Shown here: piece after piece, positions 22,405 to 33,994 of the stretch
Numbering within the stretch: the stretch's first letter is position 1
Layout of the letters: every line of letters begins with the position of its first letter
Assembly (NCBI GenBank): GCA_002633005.1
Contig: NMRA01000756.1
Span: 1 to 33,994 of the forward strand
DNA: 33,994 nucleotides
Reading direction: 5' to 3'
Source of the DNA: Phoronis australis
Lineage: Eukaryota; Animalia; Phoronida
Notes under the pieces: generated by a model
What the model saw: only the letters and a program-made list of their open reading frames with translations
Told to the model about the DNA's origin: nothing
The model's database searches: none
Translations under genes and position numbers: made by a program

Positions 22405-23310
22405 TTACTTCATCCCCATACGCGATGAATCTGTCGAGGGAAATACGACCATGTAATAAAGTTTTCCGTATTCACCTCCCGCACTACTTCAACAGTGACC
22501 TCTGGCATGGAAAGTTCAAAAAGTAGGTCATATGTCGACTCGACGTCTTCAGTCGGTTCCATCATCAAACTTTCCAAATATAGTTTAAAGAAACGCAGTT
22601 GCAGCAGTGTAACTAACACTCGCCATGCAACCAGGCCCTAAACGTAAAATCTGAAACAAAACTGTTAATTACAAGACACTTATGTCGCTGTTTTCAATTG
22701 CTGAATACCATATTATCTGCAACTCAGGCGCCGATTCCTAGGAAACTAAAATATCAAATGTTGTTTTTTAATTAGTTCCAGTAGATGTTACAAGTTCACT
22801 GCACAGTTGCTGTTGTTTTCATCTTTGTTACCTCTTTTCAAGAAATAAATCGTTATTTTTAAAACTGTTTCTTTTGCAAGAGAAAACTTGCAACGGCTAA
22901 CGCGCAAGTAGATACATGTACATATAGGATGTGATCCGCCATGTGAACAGTGTGGTTGAAGCATTTGGAAAATTTGCCGAAAAATTGTAAGAAACGTAGA
23001 AATATGAAGCGCATGGGATAAATACAAAACGTACCTCGATTGGCGTACAAGAAGTAATATCACACTCGACCTTATTCCGTGTATCGATAGGCGGAATAAT
23101 GTCTCGTGGGATATTACGTCATGTACTCCACTCTCGGCACGTTTTGTGTATTTATCCTGTACGCGTGATAGTACGGCCACGAAATACGGGCCGTAGGGCC
23201 TATTGTGAGGTTTGATATGGAAGAACTACTTTTCCATATTCAACGCGCGTTGAATGCCTTCATTCTCGCCAAAATTCCCTCCTGAGAAAACAATACACTA
23301 TAATGAGAAG
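22405..23310 (-). repeat. Uninterrupted copy of the dispersed repeat (modules A+B; possibly Crypton-like non-autonomous element)
   Basis: Homologous to 2197-2355, 3240-3374 and 12884-13170; palindrome attcaacgcgcgttgaat at 23238-23255. Confidence 0.75.
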
Positions 23311-23312
23311 AA

Positions 23313-23313
<1 letters not shown>

Positions 23314-23392
<79 letters not shown>
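23314..23392. repeat. (CA)n microsatellite, ~39 units
   Basis: Directly visible; ends at an N, so the true length is uncertain. Confidence 0.99.
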
Positions 23393-24539
23393 NATTAGTA
23401 CGTAGCATAATTTAAAAAGCTATATTTCGAGACACGTGTATCTCATCATCTGGCTACTATTTACAACTAGTTGTTGTGTGTTTATTCGCAGAGACGTTGT
23501 ATTTTGCTCATATCAAACTTAATCATTTTCCAGAAATACATGTAGTTGTGTGAAGAGCAATACCAAATTTCTGAAGTCAGTTTAAAAAAAACAGACCCCT
23601 GATACAAGAAAGGCACCAAGTGAAACTGTCGCCATACTCTCCTCTCCTGATTTGTATGCTCATTGTTCAAGTGTTTACTACATTCTTGCTGTTAACGGAC
23701 CAGTCAGAGAATTTTAACGACCCGTGCACTAGTAATAGTAGTAGGCTAATAGTGAGGTGACTTATTTTACATGACGTATGCACCTCAGATCCTAGTTTTG
23801 CGTCTGCACAGGAAGACAGTTCATTTCAGTGGGAGACAAGTCAAGTTTGAGCGTCACAGTAGGCCATTCCCCGGTCGACTCCAGTTTCTGCTCCACACAG
23901 TTTCGCACCCTGGTCGACATCATGTTTACTCCCAGCATCTCCAGTCGATCTCCACTTTATCCCCTACAGGACCGATGGTTTGTGGACGACCTGGCAAATG
24001 TACGATTTTTTATAGTTCAACCTTCAGCCCGGCCCGGAGAACCTTGCATTAATTTCAAGATTATCTGTTCAAAGCCATAGACTGCATCAGCGTATTAAGC
24101 AGGGGGCCGCGGGCGGCAGGGAGGGGGTAATATACCTCCAGATGCCCCAAAAAATAAGGAACATTTGGGCTAAATAAGTTACAAAGTAAAAAGGAACGGC
24201 ATTGGTGGAGCAGCCAATAGAAAACAACCCAAACGACGTACATGTAAGTGGAACCGGTGGCGACCAGGGGGGTTGTGGAAAGCCCTGTCGCATATCCCTT
24301 GAGCAGTGACAGAGCTTCCAAATCTGGGGCGATATTAATACCAGGCCAAGATTTAATAGTAAGTCAAGCTAAAACTATGCTCAATTTCTAAACCTATTAA
24401 AAACAACCAATGTTCAATATCTAGAGCCAGAATTGTGTGCATTCCTATACCACGTCTGCATAAGTCTCTGCAAATCTAAACACATTCTCCTGTTTTGGGA
24501 CTTTCAAAATCCCGACAGTACTCATACCGTGCAGGTCTG

Positions 24540-24599
24540 NNNNNNNNNNNNNNNNNNNNNNNNNNNNNNNNNNNNNNNNNNNNNNNNNNNNNNNNNNNN
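24540..24599. other. Assembly gap (60 N)
   Basis: Directly visible. Confidence 1.
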
Positions 24600-25551
24600 T
24601 ATGAAATGAACAGCAATATCATATATTCAAAAATGAATTCCAGCTCTAAGACTGAGGTAACCACGAAGGCAATTTAGCAATATTGTGTTTGGATAAATAA
24701 ATGTGCTCTGACAAGGGTTCCACCCACTGTATTCTCTAGCTAGAAAGTTCTGCGGGATTAGGGTTGACCACATGTAGGTACATGATCAGGCAATTATTTG
24801 TAATTTACAGAGCTACGTAAACACATAGAACTGTGGAACTGGAATGCCAAATAGTGCGCCTGAATGTCCCAGAGATTTCACGATACTGACCGCGAGACCT
24901 TGTTCTGTGAATTAACGGTTATCTGTTCGACTTAGTTTTGACCAAGCATAGTTTCATTTCTTCCTTTGCATTTTGTAATTTTTGTTCATAATGGAGTCAT
25001 GCATCAAGCGAATCACATGGTTCACGGTTCTAGACAACCAGCGATTTCATGTTTATACGCCATGAACAATGGACCTGACAGCATGGATCTTAAAGCCACT
25101 GTCAGAAGTTTTTCAAGAAGACATTTTGGATGTTAAATATATACACAAGTAGAAATTTATTTCGTGAGGCACTGAGTTTTGAAACTATAAACGATGACAC
25201 CCACGTTCAATAACTACTGACTCATGTGGTGAAGATATACATGTAACAAAACAATCACGAAAGTATAACTCTTGCAAAGAACGTTTTTTAACTTTCATTG
25301 CCAAAAATGTAATATTTTACATTTAAAAATGAGGCTAAGATTAATTACATCTCAGTACAGTGTCCATCTGTTCAGAATTACAATATTCCTTCAAAGACTC
25401 TGGTCATCTAAGATTTTCCAACTTTTCACATCGGCGGAGAAAACGGTACTTACCTTTGATTTAGGCATTAAGACAAAATTCACAATAGCTGACAACATAC
25501 ATGTATGGAACTTAAACAGTGCTATCCTGTAGGTTTTGATTGTAACAACGT

Positions 25552-26421
25552 TGTCAGAATAACTATTGGTTAAGAAATTAGTAAGAATAGATCCACTTTA
25601 GGTTGCCCAAAATCTGTACGTATGTACTTTTAAATCATGGGGTCAAACTTGTTGACATGTATTTTTATTAACGTCAAAATCCATTTTAGATGGTGTTTAT
25701 AACTTTGGTTCTGGGGTCAGTGCCCTCTAGAGATTCTAGAAATTTCTGAGAAGAAATCGTAACAGCCAATGGTATACTAGGATATTATCATGTGGTTTTT
25801 ATTAGCCAATCGCTAAATAAAAAGATTATTATAACTTGGGCTAAAAGTAAAAGGATATTCAGATGAGTTATATAGTAATTGAAGCATAAAGACTTGCTAC
25901 AGTGAACAGAGAAAATTGTACAACAGAGCCATATCGTGGAATATTCGAAAGAGGATCTTGGTAAGGGCAAGGGTTAACGAGCGGGAAGTTGACTTAGAGT
26001 TTGTCACTTGCATCTTGGGTAGTAAGATAAAACCTGAAGTGCTGCGTCACCAGAGACTGTGGCCAGGAAGAAGAATCGTGGGTAGAAGAAACTGCCTGCA
26101 AGTGTTGCGTCACCAGAGACTGAGACCAGCAAGTACACTGTCGCAATACAGTGTGTGAAGTTCGAAGATTCGCCAACAGTACTGTCATCCAACAAGTGCA
26201 GAGTCCTTCAGCTTGGATAGCAGATAAAACAGCTGATTATTTTGGTTGATTAATTGATAAGTAATCTTTAAAGTGGGCGCTTTGTAGTTGATTACTGAAT
26301 TAACGTGTTTAATTTGTGGTTATAATATAATAAATTGATTACTGGATTTAATCACTCTCTCTCCATCTACGGGCAATCTCAAAGCATAGCTACCTTTTAA
26401 GCCCAAAGTCAATCCCTGACA
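25552..26421 (+). mobile_element. Solo LTR of an LTR retrotransposon (870 bp)
   Basis: Termini TGTCAG...CTGACA; 5-bp TSD AACGT (25547-25551, 26422-26426); two CCAAT boxes, AATAAA motifs and an internal direct repeat aagtg(c/t)tgcgtcaccagagactg. Strand inferred from motif order. Confidence 0.88.
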
Positions 26422-27039
26422 AACGTCAAACTAATTTTTAATAACTAAATCGTTTTTTATCACATTGCAGTGTATGGGGAGAACTTTGAATAGTCTTTTA
26501 CGATACCCACGTATTATTAAGTAAACAGAGGAAGACTTTCTGTCTTATCTTTTACAAGTTTCGCTGATTTGTGACTAATTAGTCTACTCTTTTCGAAAAC
26601 TCAGTGTTTCTAACTATTGACATTTCATTTTCTGCTAGCTGATATTATTTGTCATACATTTTTGATATCAGCAATATTTGGTTTCAGCCACGTGTAAACA
26701 TGTCCAACAAACCTTAATATACCTCTGCCAAACTTGTACTACAGTGGCTGGTGTACATCCAGAAAATATCCAAGGAAAAGGAATCCTCAATTGCGGAATT
26801 GATTTGACGGCATTCTATACCACTAAAGACTCGTACATGTATGCAGCTATGGCCAATCATGCAACTGTATTTCATTTTAGCAAAAGCTTACATGTACTTG
26901 AAAATTGTTTGTACAATTATCATTTCACTTAAGTTTAAATAAGTGTTCCTGTGGATATTCTTCAATATTCAAGCACATTTATTTTTGTGCGGCCGAAGGG
27001 GCATTATTGAACTCTGTTCTGTCTGTAATTTCAAAATGA

Positions 27040-29823
27040 ATAATAGATACTCTGAGCGTGTAAGCGCAGAGTACAGTAGTTCCTGGGTTTTCTTCAAATT
27101 TATTCTTATTACTGTGCGCGTGCAAGCGCAGAGATTTACTGTTCTACGTATTTTATCATCTTATTCTTCTTCTTATTATTGTTATTCTTATTCTTCTTCC
27201 TTCCTTTTCATATTGTTATTACTCTTACATTTATTCATTTAGAACAATAATATTCATTGTTATTGATACAATAGTTAAGGGATTTATATTGATAATATTT
27301 TTCGACCCTAAATGCACTAGGATAAATGAAACGGGTCAGCGAGTGCATTTTGTCTCAATAATTCTTCTTCTACAGTTTTGTAGATAGACTCTTCGAATTC
27401 TGTTAACAAGTGGGGACTAAAAAAGTGCATCAGAAATTGACACGGATTTCCAATCGGACCAAGGAAAACGAGTTTCCGGGTCAAAGGTCATTAAGTGCAA
27501 AAGTGATTTTTGAGCTAGACCTTTCATAATCATGCATATGATTACCATTCATAAAGGAAGTTCAGTCACAAGCTTTGGGGTCACTGAGTGCAACTTTGGG
27601 GTCATTAAGTGCACTTTTCTGTTAAATTTAAGACTTTTTCAAACAGCTTGTACTTAATTGATGCAGTAGTGAGAGCGTTCAAATTCAAGGTGGTTCAAGC
27701 AATAGCCGATCAAATTCTATTGCTCCCATGAATTTGACTCAAAATGCACCAGATTGCCCCAAAATGGGTGAAGGAGTGCATTCCTTCGAATTGCTTCTCC
27801 ATCTGCAGGTTTTTAGATTGACTCTTCGAATTTTGATAGCTAGAAGGCACTAGAGATCAGCATCCCAAATTTACTTGGAATTCCAATCGGATCAAAGGAA
27901 CCGAGTTTCCGGGACAAAGGTCATTAAGTACAAAAGTGATTTTTGCGCTTCAGATTTCATTATCATGCATGTGATTACCATTCATAAAGGAAGTTTAGTC
28001 ACAAACTCTGGGGTCACTAGGTGCAACTTTGGGGTCACTAAGTGCAGTTTTGTGTAAAATTTAAGACTTTTTAATCAGCTTGTACTTAAATGATGCATCA
28101 GAAAGAGCGTTCAAATTCATGGTGGTTCAACCAATTGCCGATCAAATTCTATTGATAATACGTGTAATTACCCAAAAACGCTCTATAGGACCGCAAGAGG
28201 GTCAACCAGTACAATTCTTTGAAGTGCTTCTCCTTCTGCGACTTCTGCCTATTCAATTTCGTGAACAGCTTGGTGCCATATAAGAGCACTCACAACTTAC
28301 ATGGAATTTCGATCTGATCAACTAAACCGAATTTCTGGGAGAAAGGTCAGTAAGTGAAAAAGGGATTTTTGAGCTAGACTTAACATAATCATGTATATCA
28401 TTTTGATTCGTAAAGGGAATCCATTCACAAATTTTAGGGTCATTAGATAAACTGTGGGGTCATTAAGTGCAGTTTTCTCTCAGACTGGATATTCTAACTT
28501 TTCACTCTTGCTCTTTCATAGTTACCAGGGACATCTCTCTCTTTCACACTAAAGATGCAACTTCTATGCAATGTAATGCGCCTGTACTCCATTCTGCATG
28601 TGCATACACCACGCGCATACGCAATTGCGTTCTAGTTCTTATTCTTATTCTTATTCTTCTTCCGACCAACTTTGATGCTTAATAACTCCAAAATGGATGC
28701 AGGTATTTTCTTTAAATTCTGCATGTGATTTTTGGCAGTACATAAATTTTGATTAGTTACATAATCATAATCCATATTGCACCGGAAGAAGTCATTTGGT
28801 GCAAAGGTCTTGTAATTTTCAAAATGCTACTCCTTCTTCATATTTAAAGCTATTCATTTCAAATTCGGTGCACAGGTATAAGTCAATAAGGCAATTAAAA
28901 ATACTTTTTTAAGTAATCGGGTCATCCAATCAGGTGAAATAGGCCAAACGTCATTAGGTGCAAACTAAAATTTTGAGATAGACACTTCAAATTGACAGGT
29001 CTGATTGGCACAAGTAATTCAATTTGGAATCCAAAGTTTCAGGTCTTTTAGTGCAAACATGGGGTCATTAGGTGCATTTTTCTTCTGAAAGTTTGACCTT
29101 TTCTATCAGCAAGTATTCTGATGTGTCAACCGTTAGATAACTGTGATTCTCAGCATTAAACACATTTTTATGGGCTTTGCAATAATTCTCCTAAAGACGC
29201 TAATAATGCACCGTATAGGGTTAATTATTGCAAAGGTCATGTAACGTTCAAAACGTTATATCTCTTACGTTTTTCAAGGAATTCTTCTCAATTTCAGCAC
29301 AATGGTGTAAGTCAACTTGCCAATGGAACACCCTACTTTACTTCGCAATAGGCCTAACCAATCAGAAAAAATAGGTCAAAGGTCATTGAGTGCAAACTAA
29401 AATTTTGAGCTAGAGACTTCAAAATTACATTATCTGTTTACTAAGTGCGATTGACTTTGAATTCTAAATTTTCAGGTCATTTGGGGCACCCATGGGGTCA
29501 TTATGTGCATTTTTCTTCTGAAAGTTTTACCAACTCATTCATCTTGTATTTTGAAGTGCTTAAAGTAAAACAAAGGTGATTTTTACATTAACCACACTTT
29601 TAATCGAGTTAGCAATTACTCCCTCATCGGGGCTCATAATGCACCGGAAGAGGTCAATTAGTGGAAAGGCCATCAAAAATTAATATGTGATTTCTCCTAC
29701 AATTTTAAAGAATTCCTTTTCATATTGGTAATCGGGTTGCTGTCAGTAAATTCTCATAATAATTCCAGTAATACGCACGCGCAGAGTCCGTTATTGTCAC
29801 GCCGTGACAATAATCTTTCTACT
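27040..29823 (+). mobile_element. Outer Helentron-associated (HINE/DINE-like) non-autonomous element
   Basis: 5' hairpin/subTIR actctgagcgtg (27049) pairs with 3' cacgcgcagagt (~29776-29787); (TTATTC/TTC)n microsatellite; ~432-bp repeat units (28961, 29393); 3' hairpin ttattgtcacg-c-cgtgacaataa (29791-29813), then CTAC|TT. Confidence 0.8.
27106..28636 (+). mobile_element. Inner HINE-like element nested in the microsatellite of the outer one
   Basis: 5' ttattactgtgcgcgtgcaagcgcagag; microsatellite 27150-27240; ~430-bp units (27448, 27881, 28308); 3' cacgcgca, hairpin acgcaattgcgt and CTAG|TT at 28632-28637. Confidence 0.8.
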
Positions 29824-30149
29824 TGTGTTCTGTAAGTCAAATCAATAGCGGAGTTGCAACCGAATCGATTTAACGATTGCGCATGTACGGAAATTAGGGT
29901 GCGCAAAGGCTATTGGGATTGATTAGAGTATGTGGAATGGCCGACTGGTTTGTGACGTGTGATTTGTGTGCATTAAACTACTCTGCTGTATGTAATTTTG
30001 CTGCTATTAGCCCTAATAAGCGCCGATGCCCCTATAACTGCCCCAACGCGTTTTCAGACTTCGCTAAAGTAAGCGCCCAGCCCATGAGTGCACTACATAC
30101 GAAAAATGCCTTACATACAGTTCTAACGTCTCTAATTTTATCAATTGAA

Positions 30150-30410
30150 AGATCCGACAGTCCTGAATCTGTAGATCACGAGCCTCACCGTTATGTCCGT
30201 ATACACTTCAAACTTAAGCCGCGATTCAAAAAGAACGCAAAAGTTTGGCTGTTCTTGCGAGGGATGTGCCCCACTACGCGAGTCTGGACTTTGAAAACAG
30301 ACGAAGCGTACTTGTCAGCGGGATTGCATTGTTTCTTTCCGGTACAGATCTTCTCCGGCCTCAACAGGAATCCAAACTTCTTTGTACACGTGAAAACCGT
30401 GAATCGTAGA
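30150..30410 (-). pseudogene. HIRAN-like domain pseudogene, probably carried by a DNA transposon
   Basis: STIHGFHVYKEVWIPVEAGEDLYRKE, frameshift, then NPADKYASSV...VVGHIPRKNSQTFAFFLNRG, matching RGYHVYK..W.P..GE.L...E..N..D..AV.....VGH.PR. Adjacent taagcgcc repeats at 30005-30080 resemble subterminal repeats. Confidence 0.75.
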
Positions 30411-31982
30411 CTAATAAAAAAACTCGACCACGAAGCGCGCGCTACATAATGTACCGGCTGTCATCGAAGACATTTAGTTGGGAACTATCTATTCATGAAA
30501 CGGGTAACATAGCATCGGCAAGAAATAAATTTTGGCTCTAATTTCCGAAATTTTCTAATACCGTAAAAAACCTTTGCATTATTTTTAAGAGAAATTATTT
30601 AACTAATCATAGTTGTTATTTTTAAAGTCAAAATGATCCACTGATAGTGAACACATTCGCACCCTTACACCCCGAATCTTCCGGAAAATAGCTGTTACTC
30701 TACGGTCACGCATCCACTCATCCGGCGACTCAATGAGTGACATATCGATCTTACCGAAACAATTCTCGAACGTTTTTTAACACAGTGAGGCCAGCAAGTG
30801 CTAAGCTAAATATTAAAACACGCTCTGCTTGACTGCTTGAGTTAATTTCTTTGGATACAATGCACACCTAGATCAATACATCACATTTACTCTGGCAAAT
30901 GAACTCTGATGACAAGCACACGCACGCTTACTTTCACACACACTCATACGAACTTCAAAACAAACGTCACGTGACAACAACATGTGTGTTCCTCCACAGA
31001 TTTTTCTTGTGTTGCGGGCCACAATCTAGCGCAGATTTGGACTTAATCTGCAGTTAATCCAGACACCACAAGAAATTAAAAATCTTAGAGACGCTAAATG
31101 GAAATCTTGAGGAGGATGTCAGGTAATTTGTTGAGTCGAAGCTATATTGTTATTCAAGAATTCAAGTCCTATCGACGAATTGCGAGACCGGCAGCTACAC
31201 ATTTGTCGGCGAGATTTCGCCCTGGGTTTCAGCACAATTTTCTGAAATGATCGTTATTTAACAACGAATTTTGATAGCAAGGCACCACAATTTTGTAGAA
31301 AGTAAATAATAATATTCTACACGCCTTATCTTAGCTCGTTAATGCATATAGTGTGCGTACGTTAAGTGAGTCGACCAAGAACGGGTGATTGTGCAGAGGA
31401 AGTATCCTCAAAATTGCTCATGTTGGCTTGGTTCTGGTCAAGCGAAGACAAGTTTTTTTTTTCACTACCACCCGCCGTGGAGCATTTATTACTGTTTCTT
31501 TTAAGGGAAATATTGATGGGCAGTTTCCAAGGTACGTTTTCTTGCCGCCCCTCAAGATAAGCGCTGCATATTGCATGCTACGAAGTAGGAAAGAATTCAC
31601 TATGACGGTCTTTGCTACTAGCTCTACCGATGTGTCGGACCCATGTTTAACGCAGTTCTTGATCCCTGGTAAACAGGTAGTCACTAAATTCTTTAACTGG
31701 TTATAGCAGCCAGGCACACAACAGGTATAACCTCCCTGTGGCCGGGCGCCCCACGCTTGCCGACGTACTTGTTTACCGGCTTAACCACAATGCAGCATTC
31801 TGACCCATTTCCAATGGCGGCGTTGCAACTCCGCTATTGTTCTGGAATCTTATTTCACTCCACGCGCAGTTTCCTCGAAGGTGGTTTGACAAGTAAGATG
31901 ACGTCAGCTGCTGCATATGTAGCTCAGCGGTTTAAGGCGACGACTCGAAACTCGAGTGAAGCGCGATCGAATCCTGCTTTGG

Positions 31983-32280
31983 CCCATTAAAAATGCACGT
32001 CTGGGCCAATACTGGCTCGGAACTGTCTTCTGTATTGGCCCAATGATGTAGGCCAGTACTGGTCCAATAACATTTTGCACACCTCGATATTGGACCGATA
32101 AGATTTCGATATCGGACCAGTAAAGGACCAGTACCACGCCCGTATTGGCCGACTGTGTTGGCCCAGTGCAGGACTCATGATAAGCCAGTTTACTTATACA
32201 TAGGCAAAGGAGCAGTGAATGGCCAGTACAGTGCCAATATTGAACCACTTGTGTTGCCTTTACAGGCCCAATGCAGGAAT
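31983..32280. repeat. Cluster of short palindromic ggcc(c)agtactgg/attggccc repeats, probably DNA-transposon subterminal repeats
   Basis: Repeated ggccaatactgg, ggccagtactgg, ttggcccagtgc and ggccagtacagtgcc; these account for the overlapping spurious ORFs. Confidence 0.5.
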
Positions 32281-32740
32281 ATTAATTTTTGTGGGTATAA
32301 CAACAGATTTGTTTTTTTCAATGCTTCAGGTTTTTAACGCCTACAACGTTCGCTTCGTTGGTCATTTCAATCCTATTGCATGTGCAGCTGTGACTTACAA
32401 GAAGAAAAGGCTCTTGTTCTTTAATACTTTTATTACTATGAAACTGCTCAGCTAAAATACTTACAAAACTAATGAATTATGTAAATAAACTAAGCCAATA
32501 ATTATTTCTTACAAAACTAACGCGGGCTTATTAGCGGCAGCTTCACACAGTCTTCGCTCTCCCTCCCTGTCGCTAGCCTTTCGGAACATGTTGCCTCTTT
32601 TACTATAAAGCTTGCATTAGCATTACTGTGGTCCTTGATCACAATCCCTGAAATAAAACAAACCCTGCTTAGTATCTTAGACTACAAAATAACAGACTGC
32701 ACTATACATTTTCCAGTTATGCATAATATCAATTACCTAA

Positions 32741-33583
32741 AGACACTGTGTACCATTCCAACATAGAACTTATTTGAAATATATAAACTGAAAGATATAA
32801 AATTTTCATGCTTTATTAACACAAGTATTACAGCTGGTTGAAGAACTTCAGTTTCTTGTAATAAATATTTTCAGAAGCGACTTTTTATTCATTCCACTTC
32901 TACCTAAGATGTCTATTTTGTTACCATTTTGAAGTGGCATGGACCGCGAAAACTCGTGAAAAATACGTTTTAAACGATCCCTAACCAAAGTACCTTCCTT
33001 CAACCTTTACTAAAAACTTATTCACTTCTCCCTGAGAAGGAATTTCCAGAAAAAATGACCAAATTCATGGTTTCTGAAAGAAGTACGAAGAAAAGTTTGT
33101 ATGGTAACCACCTGTACCTGCCTATCTTCCTTTCACTTATTATAAATGCGCGCATGCGCTCAGTCATTCGACAAACGAACAGCTGATTCAGTGTCAAGAG
33201 TGTGGTGGAGTGAATACTTTGCCACCCAATGTGCTTTATACCTCGTGCCGTGCATTTTGTGCCTACCTCCACGATTCTGCATGATTGGACCATTACTTGA
33301 GATTTGATCATGCTGATCTGCAGTGGACTATTATTCACTTACACTACGAGTCAGAGAACGGTGCTGCGCTAATAATCGCTGACGCAGTTTTGCAAGACAA
33401 TACGAGACAAGATGTCGGACAGTGGAAAGCTGGGCAAGAAAATGGGGCGTTCGTCTAAGGTAACCGACTCAGTTAGAAAGAAAAGAAGGCAAGACTTGCA
33501 GCTGAAAGTTAATAAACGACGCATTTATCTGGGTACAGAACACTGCCGCTGGGAATCTCTTAGAAGTGCGCTATCCGTCACTA
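32741..33583 (+). mobile_element. Left part of a Kolobok-like element with a truncated N-terminal ORF (33412-33588)
   Basis: ctaa|agacactgtgtacc terminus; ORF MSDSGKLGKK...RKKRRQDLQLKVNKRRIYLGTEHCRWESLRSAL resembles the RIxIG...RW..L N-terminal motif of Kolobok proteins (recalled, not searched). Confidence 0.5.
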
Positions 33584-33750
33584 ATTGACCTATCGCCAGG
33601 ATTAGGACAGAAGGCTCAATTGACCAATCAGAACGCAGCATTCTTGACACACCTTCGTCTGCGTTTCCAAGCCGCCATTTTACCCGACAAACCACACGTA
33701 GTCGAGTAAAACTTACTTTAGTCTATAGCTCAAGAAATTGTGCGCGAAGA

Positions 33751-33920
33751 ATAGTGAAACGGTGTTGATATGGCGTGTGTATTCCCGACAGCCGTTATGC
33801 TGCTCCAAAATAATATTCCGTCTTTTTTGCATGTCCTAAGCCGAAAAGTGATGTCGAAAGACGTAAACTACTGTGGATCAAACTTGGCTGTACGACCACA
33901 CGAGCTGAAGTTAGCAATGT
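33751..33920 (+). pseudogene. THAP-like N-terminus of an ISL2EU/Harbinger-type transposon, decayed
   Basis: (M)VKRC*YGVCIPDSRY...FFACPKPKSDVERRKLLWIK matches the MVKRCxxGxCxSDSRY...FPKPK...WI pattern; the element probably starts at ~33584 and runs off the window. Confidence 0.6.
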
Positions 33921-33994
33921 TTTTTGATTACTCAGAGGCTATAATAAACACAAATATATTAGTTCCAAGATACGCACTATCTCAGCTTGGTGCA

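Noticed and set aside
23771-24330. Overlapping ORFs as genes
   Set aside because: No conserved motifs or splice-consistent model; the region includes a probable one-ended MITE fragment.
27380-29700. CRISPR-like repeat-spacer array
   Set aside because: The spacers are themselves homologous (~430-bp tandem units), the context is eukaryotic, and no cas genes are present.
29913-30449. 178-aa plus-strand ORF as a gene
   Set aside because: No recognisable motifs; it is the antisense shadow of the HIRAN-like remnant.
31366-32455. Cluster of short ORFs on both strands
   Set aside because: Partly explained by palindromic subrepeats; no protein family is recognisable.

Overview
AT-rich animal genomic DNA, probably from a marine invertebrate (inferred from its transposon repertoire). 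The main host feature is an apparently intact short-chain dehydrogenase/reductase (SDR) gene on the minus strand that the ORF track largely misses. It has five GT-AG exons in matching phase (22207-22050, 20493-20276, 13478-13374, 2050-1866, 56-<1; about 240 aa in the window), with TGGNYGIG, NNAA and YNASK motifs, and runs off the window start. Its introns are filled with nested transposons. Intron 3 holds a dispersed repeat interrupted by a TTAA-flanked Kolobok-like DNA transposon (3375-12883; convergent THAP and KolX/P2X7-ballast-like pseudogenes). That element is in turn interrupted by a full-length, decayed Tx1/L1 retrotransposon (6536-11946, 16-bp TSD). An uninterrupted copy of the dispersed repeat at 22405-23310 confirms the Kolobok boundaries and suggests a ~1-kb inversion at 2197-3243. 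Elsewhere are further THAP remnants, a LINE RT fragment, several MITEs, a solo LTR with a 5-bp TSD, a Helentron-type element nested inside a relative, a HIRAN-like pseudogene, a (CA)n tract and a 60-N gap. I found no clearly new biological system; the most unusual signals concern element architecture. All alignments and translations were done by eye.
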